NCBI GenBank assembly: GCA_963847375.1
Contig: CAWJZO010000001.1
Location: 1,083,904 to 1,147,903 of the forward strand
Direction of reading: 5' to 3'
Source: an uncultured Chloroflexia bacterium
GTDB lineage: Bacteria > Chloroflexota > Limnocylindria > QHBO01
Length of the DNA stretch: 64,000 nucleotides
Positions within the stretch are counted from its first letter, which is position 1, and every line of letters begins with the position of its first letter. Shown one piece after another: positions 46,205-58,724 of the stretch. A program made the translations under genes and the position numbers. The notes below the pieces were generated by a model, which was given only the letters and a program-made list of their open reading frames with translations, ran no database searches and was not told the DNA's origin.

Positions 46205-47296
46205 TCAGCCGCCGCCCGAGGACTCGCTCACCGCCCCGAGGTGCGCGATCCGCTCGGCGCCGGCGTCGCGCCTGCGCGCGGCCATGGCGCTGATCGCCTC
46301 GAGGACGCACCGGTGAGCCGCCGCCGCGGTCACCTCGGCGTGGTCGAACGGTGGCGCGACCTCGACGACGTCCATCGCCGCGAGCTCGACGCTGCCGACC
46401 ACCTGGCGGACCGCGCGCAGCAGCTCGCGGGTCAGCATGCCGCCGGGCTCGGGGGTGCCGGTGCCGGGCGCCATCCCGGGGTCGATAACGTCGATGTCGA
46501 CCGACAGGTAGATGACCTCCGGCCCGTCGAGCGCCTCGGCGATCGCGTCGGCGATCACCGCCTCGGCGCCGCGCTCCTCGATCTCCGTCATGAGGTGCCA
46601 GCGCAGGCCTTGCTCACGCATCCACTCCAGAGTCTCGGGCCCCGGCCAGTAGCCGCGCAGCCCGACCTGGACGAAGTTGCGTCCGGCGACCGCGCCGGAC
46701 TCGATGAGGCGTCGCATCGGCGTGCCGTGCGACCGCAGGTTGCCCCACGTCGCGTTGGCGGCGTCGGCGTGCGCATCGAAGTGGACGATGCCGAGCCGCT
46801 TCGGCGCGACCGCCCGCGCCACGGCCGAGGCCGAGGGGAACGTGATCGAATGATCGCCGCCTAGGACGATCGGCACCGCGCCGGTCCGCGCCACCTCCCA
46901 CACCTTGCGCTCGATGACCGCGTGCGCGCGATCGATGTCCATGGGGGTGACCGGCGCGTCGCCGGCATCGACCACGTTGAGCCAGTCGTAGGGCTCGATG
47001 TCGAGCTGCAGCGAGTTGATCGCGCCGGCGTGGTAACTGGCCTGGCGGATCGCGCGCGGCCCGAACCGCGCACCCGGCCGGTGGCTGACCGAGTCGTCGT
47101 AGGGGGCGCCGACAATCGCGACGTCCGGTCGCTCAAGCGCCAGGGCGCCGGCATCGGTCACCCAGGGCAGCTTCTGGAAGCTCGGCAGGCCGACATAGGC
47201 CGGGAGGGTGAAGTCGTCGTAGGCGGTGTACGGATCGGCGCCTGGCGGCGCCTCGTCGTTGATGCCGTTCGCGGTGCGGCGATCCTCGTCGGCCAT
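46205..47296 (-). CDS. speB: Agmatinase / ureohydrolase (arginase family)
   Basis: Arginase-family Mn-binding motifs GGDHSIT, DAHAD, SVDIDVIDP. Confidence 0.8.
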   Translation of the reverse strand: MADEDRRTANGINDEAPPGADPYTAYDDFTLPAYVGLPSFQKLPWVTDAGALALERPDVAIVGAPYDDSVSHRPGARFGPRAIRQASYHAGAINSLQLDIEPYDWLNVVDAGDAPVTPMDIDRAHAVIERKVWEVARTGAVPIVLGGDHSITFPSASAVARAVAPKRLGIVHFDAHADAANATWGNLRSHGTPMRRLIESGAVAGRNFVQVGLRGYWPGPETLEWMREQGLRWHLMTEIEERGAEAVIADAIAEALDGPEVIYLSVDIDVIDPGMAPGTGTPEPGGMLTRELLRAVRQVVGSVELAAMDVVEVAPPFDHAEVTAAAAHRCVLEAISAMAARRRDAGAERIAHLGAVSESSGGG

Positions 47297-47392
47297 GGCG
47301 CCTCAGCGTCACCTCCGGCGTTCGGCGGGCGCCGTCGCGTCGCGGAGCAGGCCCGTCGAGGGCTCGATCCTAGCACTACCATCGGCCTCCGC

Positions 47393-47695
47393 ATGGCCAT
47401 GCAAGTGACGTACACCGTCGAGGAGGCGCGGACCCTCGTTCCCTTCGTGCGCTCGGCGCTGCTCCAGCTGGCGGTCGAGCGTCGGCGGCCGGAGCCGTCC
47501 ACCGACGTCATGCGGGCGCTCCTCGAGCACCTCGAATCGCTCGGGATCGTCGTCCGCGACCTCGACGAGGGGCTGATCGACTTCCCGACCGTGCGCGACG
47601 GCGAGCGGGCCTGGCTGTGCTGGAAGCTGTCGGACGGCGACCTCGGCTACTGGCACACGACGCGCGAGGGCTTCGCCTCGCGCCAGCCGCTGTAG
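47393..47695 (+). CDS. Small conserved hypothetical protein (100 aa)
   Basis: A clean ORF directly preceding the kinase gene (3-bp gap), hydrophilic. I cannot assign a family from memory. Confidence 0.45.
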   Translation: MAMQVTYTVEEARTLVPFVRSALLQLAVERRRPEPSTDVMRALLEHLESLGIVVRDLDEGLIDFPTVRDGERAWLCWKLSDGDLGYWHTTREGFASRQPL

Positions 47696-47697
47696 GA

Positions 47698-48567
47698 CCG
47701 ATGCGGGACGCGTCGGAGTTCCTCGTGATCGGCGATGCCGTCCTCGACGTGGCCGTTGCGCCAGAGGATGCGCCTCGTCCTGGCGGAGACGTCCCGGCCG
47801 CCGTCCGTGCGGCGCCGGGCGGCCAGGGCGCGAACATCGCCGTCAGGTTGGTCCGCCGCGGTGTCCCGGTCCGGCTCGTGTGCGCGCTCGGTGAGGATGT
47901 CGCCGGTCGAATCGTGCGTCACGCGCTCTCGGCGGAGGGGGTGCTGCTCGAGGCGGCGGGAACGGGCGGAAGCGGCGTCGTGGTCATCCTCGTCGCCGCC
48001 GACGGCGAGCGCACGATGTTCAGCCGCCGCATCCAGCTGCTGCCGCTGAGCTTCAACGCGACTGCCGCCTGGACCATCGTGTCGGGCTATGTGCTGCTCG
48101 AGGACGGCGAGCTGCGGCTGAACGATCGCGGTGGTCTCATTGCCGTCGTCGGTTGTTCGCTACCGGATGGCGCTGCGAGCGACTGGTGGCTCCGCGCGCG
48201 CTCCCTGCGCCCGAATCTCGTGGTCATGAACGCCGACGAGGCCGGCGCGGTCGGCGCCGATGCCGCGAAGCTTGCCCTCGATGCCGCCGCCGTCGTCGTG
48301 GTGACCGGTCCGGACGGCGTGGATGCGGCGTACCCGAACTCCGAACTGGAGGTCCGACGCGTCCGGATCGACCGCGTCCCCGCCGCCGACACGACTGGCG
48401 CCGGCGATGCGTTCGCGGCCGCCTTCATCGCCGAGCTTCGCGAGCCGCCGTGGCCGCCCTCGCCGGCCATGCTCGATCACGCGCTGGCCGTCGCCGCGGC
48501 CTTCGCCGCGGAGGTCACGCGCGTGCCCGGCGCGCAGACCCGCGTGCCCGACGAGTCGAACGAATGA
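47698..48567 (+). CDS. psuK: PfkB-family carbohydrate/nucleoside kinase, probably pseudouridine kinase
   Basis: Ribokinase-fold motifs including DTTGAGDAF. ATGA-coupled to psuG downstream. Confidence 0.65.
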   Translation, partial: PMRDASEFLVIGDAVLDVAVAPEDAPRPGGDVPAAVRAAPGGQGANIAVRLVRRGVPVRLVCALGEDVAGRIVRHALSAEGVLLEAAGTGGSGVVVILVAADGERTMFSRRIQLLPLSFNATAAWTIVSGYVLLEDGELRLNDRGGLIAVVGCSLPDGAASDWWLRARSLRPNLVVMNADEAGAVGADAAKLALDAAAVVVVTGPDGVDAAYPNSELEVRRVRIDRVPAADTTGAGDAFAAAFIAELREPPWPPSPAMLDHALAVAAAFAAEVTRVPGAQTRVPDESNE

Positions 48568-49475
48568 CACCGAGCTTCCTTGCGGTCTCAGACGAGGTTC
48601 GCGACGCGATCACCAACGGCCTGGGCGTCGTGGCCCTCGAGTCGAGCCTCATCGCCCAGGGGCTCCCGGTGCCTCACAACCTCGAGACGGCGCTGGCGGC
48701 CGAGGCCGCGGTGCGAGAAGCGGGTGCCATCCCGGCCACCGTTGCCGTGGAGGACGGACGCATCTTCGTCGGCGCGGATCGCGCGCTGCTCGAGCGGCTC
48801 GCGGACCCGGAACGGCGGATCGTCAAGGGCGCCTCGCGCGATCTGGGACCGCTCCTCGCCAGCAGGGCCCTTGCCTCGACGACGGTGAGCGCCACGATGC
48901 GGGCGGCCCACCTCGCGGGGATCGCGACATTCGCGACCGGCGGCATCGGCGGCGTCCACCGCGGAGCGGCCGAGAGCTTCGACGTGTCGAGCGACATCGA
49001 CGAGCTGGCGGCCACGCCGGTCGCGGTGGTCTGCTCGGGCGCGAAGTCGATCCTCGACCTGCCCGCCACGCTCGAGCTGCTCGAGACGCGCCGGGTGCCG
49101 GTCGTCGGCTACGGCACCGATGAGCTGCCGGCCTTCTACAGCACGACCTCCGGCCTGCGCCTGCCGCACCGCGTCGACAGCGCCATCGCGGCGGCCGCCG
49201 CGATCGCGGCGCATCGGTCCATCCCGGGCGCCGGCGGCATCCTCATCGTCCAGCCGCCGCCCGCCGACCTGGCCATCGAACCTGGTGAGGTGCAGGCCTG
49301 GAGCGATGCGGCGATGAATGACGCAGAGCGCCGGGGGATCCGCGCCGGAGCCCTCACGCCGCACGTGCTCGGGTCCCTCGCGCGGGCGTCGGGAGGGAGG
49401 ACGCTGCGCGTGAACATCGGTCTGATCGTCGCCAATGCGCGCACCGCGGGTACCATCGCGGCGGTCTTGACCTGA
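48564..49475 (+). CDS. psuG: Pseudouridine-5'-phosphate glycosidase
   Basis: VALESSLIAQGLP, FATGGIGGVHRGAAESFDVSSD, and VVCSGAKSILDL match YeiN/PsuG closely. Confidence 0.85.
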   Translation: MTPSFLAVSDEVRDAITNGLGVVALESSLIAQGLPVPHNLETALAAEAAVREAGAIPATVAVEDGRIFVGADRALLERLADPERRIVKGASRDLGPLLASRALASTTVSATMRAAHLAGIATFATGGIGGVHRGAAESFDVSSDIDELAATPVAVVCSGAKSILDLPATLELLETRRVPVVGYGTDELPAFYSTTSGLRLPHRVDSAIAAAAAIAAHRSIPGAGGILIVQPPPADLAIEPGEVQAWSDAAMNDAERRGIRAGALTPHVLGSLARASGGRTLRVNIGLIVANARTAGTIAAVLT

Positions 49476-49503
49476 CGGCGGGCGGGGGTATGCTCGCCCG
49501 ATC

Positions 49504-50025
49504 GTGCGCATCTACGACGGCAGCCCGCGCCAGCAGTGGGAAGAGGTCCTGCGGAGCATCGGTGCATTCGCCGATCGCGAGGCTTTGAAGGAGCTCCTCC
49601 TCCTCGAGCTCGAGACCGGATTCGTGCTCCAGGGTCTCGGCCTCCAGGCAGGCGGCGCCGACTCGGACAGCTTCGGAACGGCAGTGAAGCGCACCTACGA
49701 GCTCACCGACGACCAGGTCGCCGAGCTCATGGACGTGAGAGTCGCGGACCGCGGGAACTCGCCAGAGAACGTCCCGCACGCCGACATCACGAACTACTAC
49801 GAGCACGCCATGCGCGTGATCGGCAGCTACGTCGACTCGCAGAGGCCGCACGACGTATTCCTCTTCGAGCAGGAAGGGTCCTTCGTGGTTCGGCTCTTCG
49901 GCGTCGCCGGGTCACGCGCGGCGCACCAGCTCGCCGAATTCACGCGAGACGAGATCTTGGTTATGATCGGGGCCGCACCCGAGCAGCGAGAGCACTCCGC
50001 GCCGAAGCCCACCGGCGCACCCTAG
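49504..50025 (+). CDS. Hypothetical protein
   Basis: GTG-start ORF, 173 aa, with no recognised motif. Confidence 0.4.
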   Translation: MRIYDGSPRQQWEEVLRSIGAFADREALKELLLLELETGFVLQGLGLQAGGADSDSFGTAVKRTYELTDDQVAELMDVRVADRGNSPENVPHADITNYYEHAMRVIGSYVDSQRPHDVFLFEQEGSFVVRLFGVAGSRAAHQLAEFTRDEILVMIGAAPEQREHSAPKPTGAP

Positions 50026-50038
50026 AAGGGACTTGCGA

Positions 50039-50191
50039 ATGAAGGCGATCAAGGTCTTGCTCATTGGCATCGCCGCCGTCGTCGCCGCGATGATCGTCAT
50101 CCCGCTCACCATCCTCGCCGGCCTGTTCGTGTGGCTGAAGCTCACCGAAGAGACCGATGAGGACGTGATGGAGCTCGACGACACGATCTAG
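50039..50191 (+). CDS. Small membrane protein (50 aa), below the ORF-track cutoff
   Basis: A GAAGGG SD lies 6 nt upstream of the ATG. One TM (VLLIGIAAVVAAMIVIPLTILAGLFVWL) followed by an acidic tail. Confidence 0.4.
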   Translation: MKAIKVLLIGIAAVVAAMIVIPLTILAGLFVWLKLTEETDEDVMELDDTI

Positions 50192-50492
50192 CTCCGGTTG
50201 GATCCGCCCTTTGGACCGATCCGGACCTCGCTGAACCGGCGCCCGATGCGCCGGTTCGCTGGTTCTCGGCGCGAATCGTCCGAATTCCCGCCGATTGCGC
50301 ATTGTGGCATCCCGCGAGGGCCGAACGGTGCGAATTCCCTCTCCACGGGCATTGCGCTGGTGGGAAATCTCGAAGGGCTGTGATTCCCACCTGACGGGCA
50401 TCCCAAGCTCAGCGTGGACCGTTCGCGCGCCTAGCGAACGCCGTAACTCCCACGCCACGGGAATTCGGACGGCTCGCGGGCAAATGGACCGT
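50192..50492. repeat. Repeat-rich, lower-GC 300-bp noncoding region between convergent genes (GAATTCCC/GATTCCCA/AACTCCCA boxes, GGCATCCC x2, TGGACCGTTC x2, CGTTCG/CGAACG hairpin)
   Basis: GAATTCCC at 50282-50289 and 50332-50339; GATTCCCA at 50382-50389; AACTCCCA at 50445-50452; GAATTCGG at 50461-50468; TGGACCGTTC at 50415-50424 and 50485-50494; a CGTTCG...CGAACG stem at about 50419-50439. There is no convincing ORF. Confidence 0.5.
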
Positions 50493-51311
50493 TCAGGCCG
50501 TGGCCAGCGCCCACGCCGCCGTCCAGCACACCGCCGCGACGAGCATCCCGATCCACAACCGCTGCGGACCCGCCACGCCTTGCCCCACCGCGACGAGCCC
50601 GACCAGCCCCAGCCCGACCGATGCCGGCGCCACCTGCGCGCCGACGACCAGGGCGACGCCGACGCCCAGCCCGACGGCCATGACCAGCACCCACGCCAGG
50701 CGGAACGCGGTCGCGCGCCCGAGGGTCTGTGCCAGGTTGCGAGACCCGAGCCGCGCGTCGGCGTCGAAGTCGCGCAGTGTGTTGGCCAGGTGCGCGGCGG
50801 CCGCGAATGGCCCGACGATCAGCGGGGCGACCGCGACGCGGGCGAGGTCGACGCCGACACCCGCCGCCACCCACAGCGGCAGCAAGCCGAAGCTGACCAG
50901 GTAGGGGAGCACCGAGAGCGGCGTGCGCGACAGCCACAGGTTGTAGGCCACCGCCGAGCCCGATGCCGCCGCGCCGAGCAGCAGCGGCACCGGCCCGAGC
51001 GGCAGCGACGCGGCGAGCTGCACTGCCGCGCCGAAACCGGCAACCCAGAGTGCCATCGCGGGCGAGACCGCACCGGAGGGAATCGGCTTCGTCGGCTGGG
51101 CGACGCGGTCACGGTCTCGATCTGCCCAGTCGTTCAGTGCGCCGGTCATGACCTGCGAGCCCGCCACCGCCAGGGTCGTCAGCGCCAGGCGCCAGCCCGG
51201 ATCGAGGCCCGACTGGGCCGAGAGGATGGCGCCCAGGACGGCGCTCAGGGCAATGACCGTCGCCGCCGGCGCGGGGTGAACGAGGCGAACGACGGCGGCG
51301 ACGCCGGACAC
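50493..51311 (-). CDS. UbiA-family aromatic prenyltransferase
   Basis: NDWADRDRDRV...KPIPSG (the Asp-rich motif of the UbiA family) and about 8 TM helices. The ORF extends to 51434, but that would overlap the DUF2087 gene, so I take the GTG start at 51311. Confidence 0.7.
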   Translation of the reverse strand: MSGVAAVVRLVHPAPAATVIALSAVLGAILSAQSGLDPGWRLALTTLAVAGSQVMTGALNDWADRDRDRVAQPTKPIPSGAVSPAMALWVAGFGAAVQLAASLPLGPVPLLLGAAASGSAVAYNLWLSRTPLSVLPYLVSFGLLPLWVAAGVGVDLARVAVAPLIVGPFAAAAHLANTLRDFDADARLGSRNLAQTLGRATAFRLAWVLVMAVGLGVGVALVVGAQVAPASVGLGLVGLVAVGQGVAGPQRLWIGMLVAAVCWTAAWALATA

Positions 51312-51324
51312 GGCGCGCTCGGCC

Positions 51325-51612
51325 TCAGGTGCTGGCGGGCGGGCTCGGTCGCTCGCGCCAGTACACCCTGTTCCTCCGTCCCAGGAAGCCGTGGTCGACG
51401 AGCAGGCGGCGCAGGGTCGCCGGATCGGGCGCATCGTCGGCCAACATCGCGTTCACCTCGCGCTCATCGTAGAGGTGGTCGCGCTCGAAGCGCTCGGCCA
51501 GGACCGCCAATGCCGCGAGGCGGTAGCTCGACCGGCTCGGCAGCGAGGTCAGACGTCCGTTGCGGATGAACGCGACGAGGACGTGCGTGGCGGGGTCGCG
51601 CCGGACGGGCAT
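51325..51612 (-). CDS. DUF2087-like small protein
   Basis: ...RFERDHLYDEREVNAMLADDAPDPATLRRLLVDHGFLGRRNRVYWRE matches the DUF2087 pattern (Y.EREVN...LRR.LVD.GFL.R..G.YWR). It is the lower-coordinate (C-terminal, minus-strand) end of an otherwise antisense 757-aa ORF. Confidence 0.55.
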   Translation of the reverse strand: MPVRRDPATHVLVAFIRNGRLTSLPSRSSYRLAALAVLAERFERDHLYDEREVNAMLADDAPDPATLRRLLVDHGFLGRRNRVYWRERPSPPAST

Positions 51613-51678
51613 GGACGAAGGATAGAGCTCGGATTCGCGCCGGAACGCACGTACGGCGGGTGAGGAACTGGAGTATGA

Positions 51679-54596
<2,918 letters not shown>

Positions 54597-54770
54597 TCAC
54601 TTGACCGCACGCGATCCCGAACCTCACTGCCCGACCGTCGGTCGTGTCCGCCCGGAGGTCGTCCCCTTCAACTGCCGATCCTGACGCCGTCTCCCGGCCG
54701 AGCAGGACGTTGCACCCAAGCACATCGAGGTCAGATCCCCAATGAACCACCGCTGGCAGGCGAGGCGGCC

Positions 54771-56243
54771 ATGAACGACGACGCACGGCCCCAGCAGCAG
54801 CGCCGCCGATCGCGACGCCGCGCCGACAATGCCCCTCGCCGTCAAGGAGGGAACCAGCGCGGGTTCAGCCAGCGCCGCCGCAACGACTACGCGTCGGGGC
54901 AGTACTCGTCCATCTTCACCGGCCCATTCCCGACCGACGCGGACGAGGACGGCCTGAATCTCGCCGACCTGCAGGCGAAGTCGGTCGACGAGCTGCGCGA
55001 GCTGGCCGCCGAGCACGACATCGAGGGCTCGGACGCGCTCGAGCACTCGGACCTCGTCCTCAAGCTGCTCGACGTCGTTCCCCTGGCGCCAACGCAGCCG
55101 CGCGACCGCAACGGCCAGCCGGGCGTCGCCGAGGGGATTCTCGAGATCGTCGACGAGGGCTTCGGGTTCCTGCGCGTGAATGGCGTGATGCCCTCGCCGC
55201 AGGACATCTACGTCAGCTCGTCGCAGGTGCGTCGCTTCGGCCTGCGGACCGGTGATCGCGTCACCGGTCAGACCCGCCAGCCGAAGGACCAGGAGAAGTA
55301 CTGGGGCCTGCTGCGCGTCGACACGGTGAACGGCGTGGAGCCCGAGATCGCCAAGCGCCGGCCGTACTTCGACTCGCTCGTGCCGGTCTTCCCCGACGAG
55401 ATGTTCGACCTGGAGACCGATCAGAAGAACCTGACCCAGCGCCTCATCAACCTCATCAGCCCGGTCGGCAAGGGCCAGCGCGGCCTGATCCTGTCGCCGG
55501 CCAAGGCCGGCAAGACGACCGTCCTCAAGCACATCGCGGCGGGCATCACCGACAACGCGCCCGAGGCCCTGCTCATGGTCGCCCTCATCGGTGAGCGGCC
55601 CGAGGAGGTCACGGACATGGAGCGCTCGGTGAAGGGTGAGATCTACTCCTCGACCTTCGACGAGCCGACCGAGAACCACACCCGCGTCGCGGAGATGTGC
55701 CTCGAGATCGCCAAGCGCCAGGTCGAGACCGGTCGCGACGTCGTCATCCTGCTCGACTCGATCACCCGGCTGGCGCGTGCCTACAACCTCGCCCTCCCGG
55801 CGTCCGGCAAGACCCTGTCCGGCGGCGTCGATCCCGTCGCGCTCTACCCGCCGAAGCGGTTCTTCGGGGCCGCGCGAAACATCGAGAACGGCGGCTCGCT
55901 GACGATCATCGCCACCTGCCTGGTCGACACCGGCTCGCGAATGGATGATGTCATCTACGAGGAGTTCAAGGGCACCGGCAACATGGAGCTGGCCCTCGAT
56001 CGCAAGCTGTCCGAAAAGCGGATCTTCCCGGCCATCGATGTCCTGCGATCCGGGACCCGGCGCGAGGAGCTGCTGCTCGACGAGAACGAGCTGCGGATGG
56101 TCTGGACGATGCGCCGGATGCTGTCCGCGGTCGGCCCGAACGAAGGCATCGAGCTGCTCATGCAGCGGCTCGGCAAGACGAAGAACAACGCCGAATTCCT
56201 CGTCTCGCTCTCGAAAAGCGTCGAGGCCTCCGAGCGGCCGTAG
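54771..56243 (+). CDS. rho: Transcription termination factor Rho, with an Arg-rich N-terminal extension
   Basis: Rho_N ([25 protein letters not shown]), a CSD-like RNA-binding region, the P-loop [20 protein letters not shown], and Q/R loops. Confidence 0.95.
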   Translation: MNDDARPQQQRRRSRRRADNAPRRQGGNQRGFSQRRRNDYASGQYSSIFTGPFPTDADEDGLNLADLQAKSVDELRELAAEHDIEGSDALEHSDLVLKLLDVVPLAPTQPRDRNGQPGVAEGILEIVDEGFGFLRVNGVMPSPQDIYVSSSQVRRFGLRTGDRVTGQTRQPKDQEKYWGLLRVDTVNGVEPEIAKRRPYFDSLVPVFPDEMFDLETDQKNLTQRLINLISPVGKGQRGLILSPAKAGKTTVLKHIAAGITDNAPEALLMVALIGERPEEVTDMERSVKGEIYSSTFDEPTENHTRVAEMCLEIAKRQVETGRDVVILLDSITRLARAYNLALPASGKTLSGGVDPVALYPPKRFFGAARNIENGGSLTIIATCLVDTGSRMDDVIYEEFKGTGNMELALDRKLSEKRIFPAIDVLRSGTRREELLLDENELRMVWTMRRMLSAVGPNEGIELLMQRLGKTKNNAEFLVSLSKSVEASERP

Positions 56244-56272
56244 CCCCGACCTCGCGACGACCGACACTCGGC

Positions 56273-57652
56273 ATGCTCGAGCCGATGCGCGCCATGCGCC
56301 GACTCGCTGCCGTCGCCATGGCACTCGTCCTGCTCGCAGCCTGCGACGCGGGGACCGCCTCGTTCACCGCGTCGCCCTCGGCGAGTCTGCCCTCGGCGAC
56401 CGCCGCTCCATCCGGCACTCCCCTCACCGCGGCGGTGGAGCCGGCGCCCGGGTCGGACAGCGAGGTGTACGCGCCGAACCCGGGGGCGATCGTCGTCGCC
56501 ATCGATGCCGGTCACGGCGGATGCCTCGACTGGGGCGTCCCCGACCCGTCGCAGCGCGGCGAGGAGCTGGCGGAGAAGACGATGACCCTGCTGATGGCGC
56601 AACGCCTGCGCGATCGGCTCGAGGCCGATGGCATCGGCGTCGTGATGATCCGCGAGGGCGACGGGGCGCTGGCCGGCGATCTCGATCCGGACTTCGGCTG
56701 CGAGGGGCCTCCATGGCGCGACGTCGACGGCGACGGCAATGCCGGATTCGAGGAGAGCGGGCGCATCCGCACCCGCGACGAGCTCCAGGCCCGCATCGAC
56801 ATGGCCAACCTTGCCGGCGCCGACGCGTTCGTCAGCATCCACATCAACTCGCCGACGGAGGCCGGCCAGGTGATCGAGATCGCCTTCGGCCAGACCTTCT
56901 ACGACGACGAGACGCCGTGGGGGCCCGACGGCAGCGCCGGCCTGGCCGATGCGATCCAGCGCGGCGCCGTGGCCGCCATCGACCCGCTGACGACCTACAG
57001 GCGCCAGGACCGCGGCACCGAGGCGGTCGCCTACTACGCGATCAGCCGCACCTGGGCGGACGGCGACACATGCGAGCGCGAGGGCGACGAGTTCTGCAAG
57101 CCGCAGCGCGGCCTCCTCATGCCATCCGCCCTCGCCGAGGTGGGCTCGATCACGCTTCGCGCGGAGCACGACCTGCTCGCCTCCGCGGCGGGCCAGGAGG
57201 CCGTCGCCGATGGCCTCTTCGACGGGCTCGTCGAGTTCTTCGGCGCGCGGCGGCTGGCCGGGCGCATCGGCCTCGCGGACGCGCCGGTCGGCGTCGCGCC
57301 GCAACCGGTCCCCGGTGACGGCCCGCCCTTCTGGCCCTCGCCGCTGCCCGACGGCCCGGTCGAGCTGCGGCTCACGAACACCGGCACCGAGGCGTGGACC
57401 GTGGGCTCGGTGCTCGTCGCCGGATGGGAGCAGACCGATGCGCCCTACCTTGCAGTGGCGCCCGAGAGTCTCGAGGCGCTCGACGCCGAGATCCCGGCGC
57501 TCGAGCCCGGCGAGTCGGTCGTCGTCTGGGTGAATCTCCCGCTCGCTTCGGCCGGCGGGCGAGCCGTGGCATGGATCTCGCTATCGGTCGCGCGTGCGTC
57601 CCTGGCCGACAGGGGGTCGGCGCCGCTTCAGCTCTCGACCGAAGGGCCCTGA
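56273..57652 (+). CDS. N-acetylmuramoyl-L-alanine amidase (Amidase_3) lipoprotein with a C-terminal extra domain
   Basis: Lipobox LLAAC; IDAGHGG ... SIHINS ... Zn-ligand pattern of the Amidase_3/CwlV family. Confidence 0.8.
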   Translation: MLEPMRAMRRLAAVAMALVLLAACDAGTASFTASPSASLPSATAAPSGTPLTAAVEPAPGSDSEVYAPNPGAIVVAIDAGHGGCLDWGVPDPSQRGEELAEKTMTLLMAQRLRDRLEADGIGVVMIREGDGALAGDLDPDFGCEGPPWRDVDGDGNAGFEESGRIRTRDELQARIDMANLAGADAFVSIHINSPTEAGQVIEIAFGQTFYDDETPWGPDGSAGLADAIQRGAVAAIDPLTTYRRQDRGTEAVAYYAISRTWADGDTCEREGDEFCKPQRGLLMPSALAEVGSITLRAEHDLLASAAGQEAVADGLFDGLVEFFGARRLAGRIGLADAPVGVAPQPVPGDGPPFWPSPLPDGPVELRLTNTGTEAWTVGSVLVAGWEQTDAPYLAVAPESLEALDAEIPALEPGESVVVWVNLPLASAGGRAVAWISLSVARASLADRGSAPLQLSTEGP

Positions 57653-57869
57653 AGCGCTGCGCACCGCACCAAACCGGAGGACCCGCAGGTACCGTCACGC
57701 CCTGGCGCGGAATCCGGTTGCCGGTCCTATTTCACGCTGCTACCATGCGCCGAGCATGAGATCCGGCCATCGGCCAACGGCGGGGGCGCTGACCTCCCGG
57801 TCGGACCGACAGGAGATTCGTGCAGCAGCGTTGACCCTTCAACCCGTGTAGGCGGAGCTCAGTTTCCTA
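57653..57869 (+). promoter_or_regulatory. 217-bp lower-GC 5' leader of the M23 peptidase gene (candidate structured RNA leader)
   Basis: Unusually long noncoding gap for this compact region, with internal complementarity. I could not match a riboswitch class by eye. Confidence 0.2.
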
Positions 57870-58658
57870 TTGCCTGATCCGCGCCGGCGCCTTCGCCGTA
57901 TCACGAAATGGAGTCTGCCGACACGGGTGATCACTCACCTGTCAGTCGCCAGCCTCGTGGCCGCCGCCGGCTTTGCCGGACTCTCGGGGACGGCCGAGAC
58001 GGCCGCCGATGGCAACCACTTCGCCGGATCAGCCCCCTTCGTCACCACCGTCTACGGCGTCGCCCCTCCGAGCCAGGAGTTCGCGACGAGCCAGTTCGAC
58101 ACGCGCGACGGCGCCGACGAGAAGGCGGCCATCCTCGACCGCAGCGCCCGCTCCGTCCTCCCCACGTCGAGCGGCCCGCTCCCACAGCCCGTGGCGGTCG
58201 ATCCCGATGCCACGCCCCTCCCGGCGCCTGGCAACGTCGGTTCCACGTCGACAGCCACCGGTGTCAACTCGACGACAATCCGCGCCCCTGCGGCGGCTCC
58301 CACCGCCCTCGCATGGCCGGTGCCAGCCGGCTCGGTCAGCCAGTACTACCACGCCGGGCACCTGGCGCTCGACATCGCGGCGCCGTACGGGGCGCAGGTA
58401 TCGGCCGCCCAGGCCGGCGTCGTCACCTCGGCAGGCTGGCGCGCCAACGGGGGCGGATACGTGATCTCGATCGACCACGGCAACGGGATGATCACGGTCT
58501 ACAACCACCTCGGCTCGATCGGGGTCTCGCCCGGCCAGCTCGTATCCGCCGGGGAGGCGATCGGCGGAGTCGGCTGCACGGGCATGTGCACCGGGCCGCA
58601 CGTTCACTTCGAGGTGATCGTGAACGGCGTGATCGACAACCCCCTGCGCTATCTGTAG
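57870..58658 (+). CDS. M23-family (LytM) peptidoglycan endopeptidase
   Basis: HLALDIAAPYGAQV...GYVISIDHGNGMITVYNHL...GCTGMCTGPHVHFEV (HxxxD, HxH motifs). Confidence 0.85.
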   Translation: MPDPRRRLRRITKWSLPTRVITHLSVASLVAAAGFAGLSGTAETAADGNHFAGSAPFVTTVYGVAPPSQEFATSQFDTRDGADEKAAILDRSARSVLPTSSGPLPQPVAVDPDATPLPAPGNVGSTSTATGVNSTTIRAPAAAPTALAWPVPAGSVSQYYHAGHLALDIAAPYGAQVSAAQAGVVTSAGWRANGGGYVISIDHGNGMITVYNHLGSIGVSPGQLVSAGEAIGGVGCTGMCTGPHVHFEVIVNGVIDNPLRYL

Positions 58659-58724
58659 ACCGCGTCCGGCGGCGTATCTCCGTCCAATTGCCGGCGCCGA
58701 TCGCAGGCGTATGCTCCGCCCCTG

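Noticed and set aside
50275-50470. Possible tRNA or CRISPR array in the repeat-rich gap
   Set aside because: No T-loop (GGTTCGAATCC-like) or cloverleaf could be built. The repeats are irregular in length and spacing and there is no cas gene nearby, so this is not a CRISPR array.
57594-57851. 85-aa ORF inside the M23 leader region
   Set aside because: It has no RBS, and it starts inside the amidase gene and spans the leader. It has a low-complexity Arg/Ala composition and is probably noncoding.
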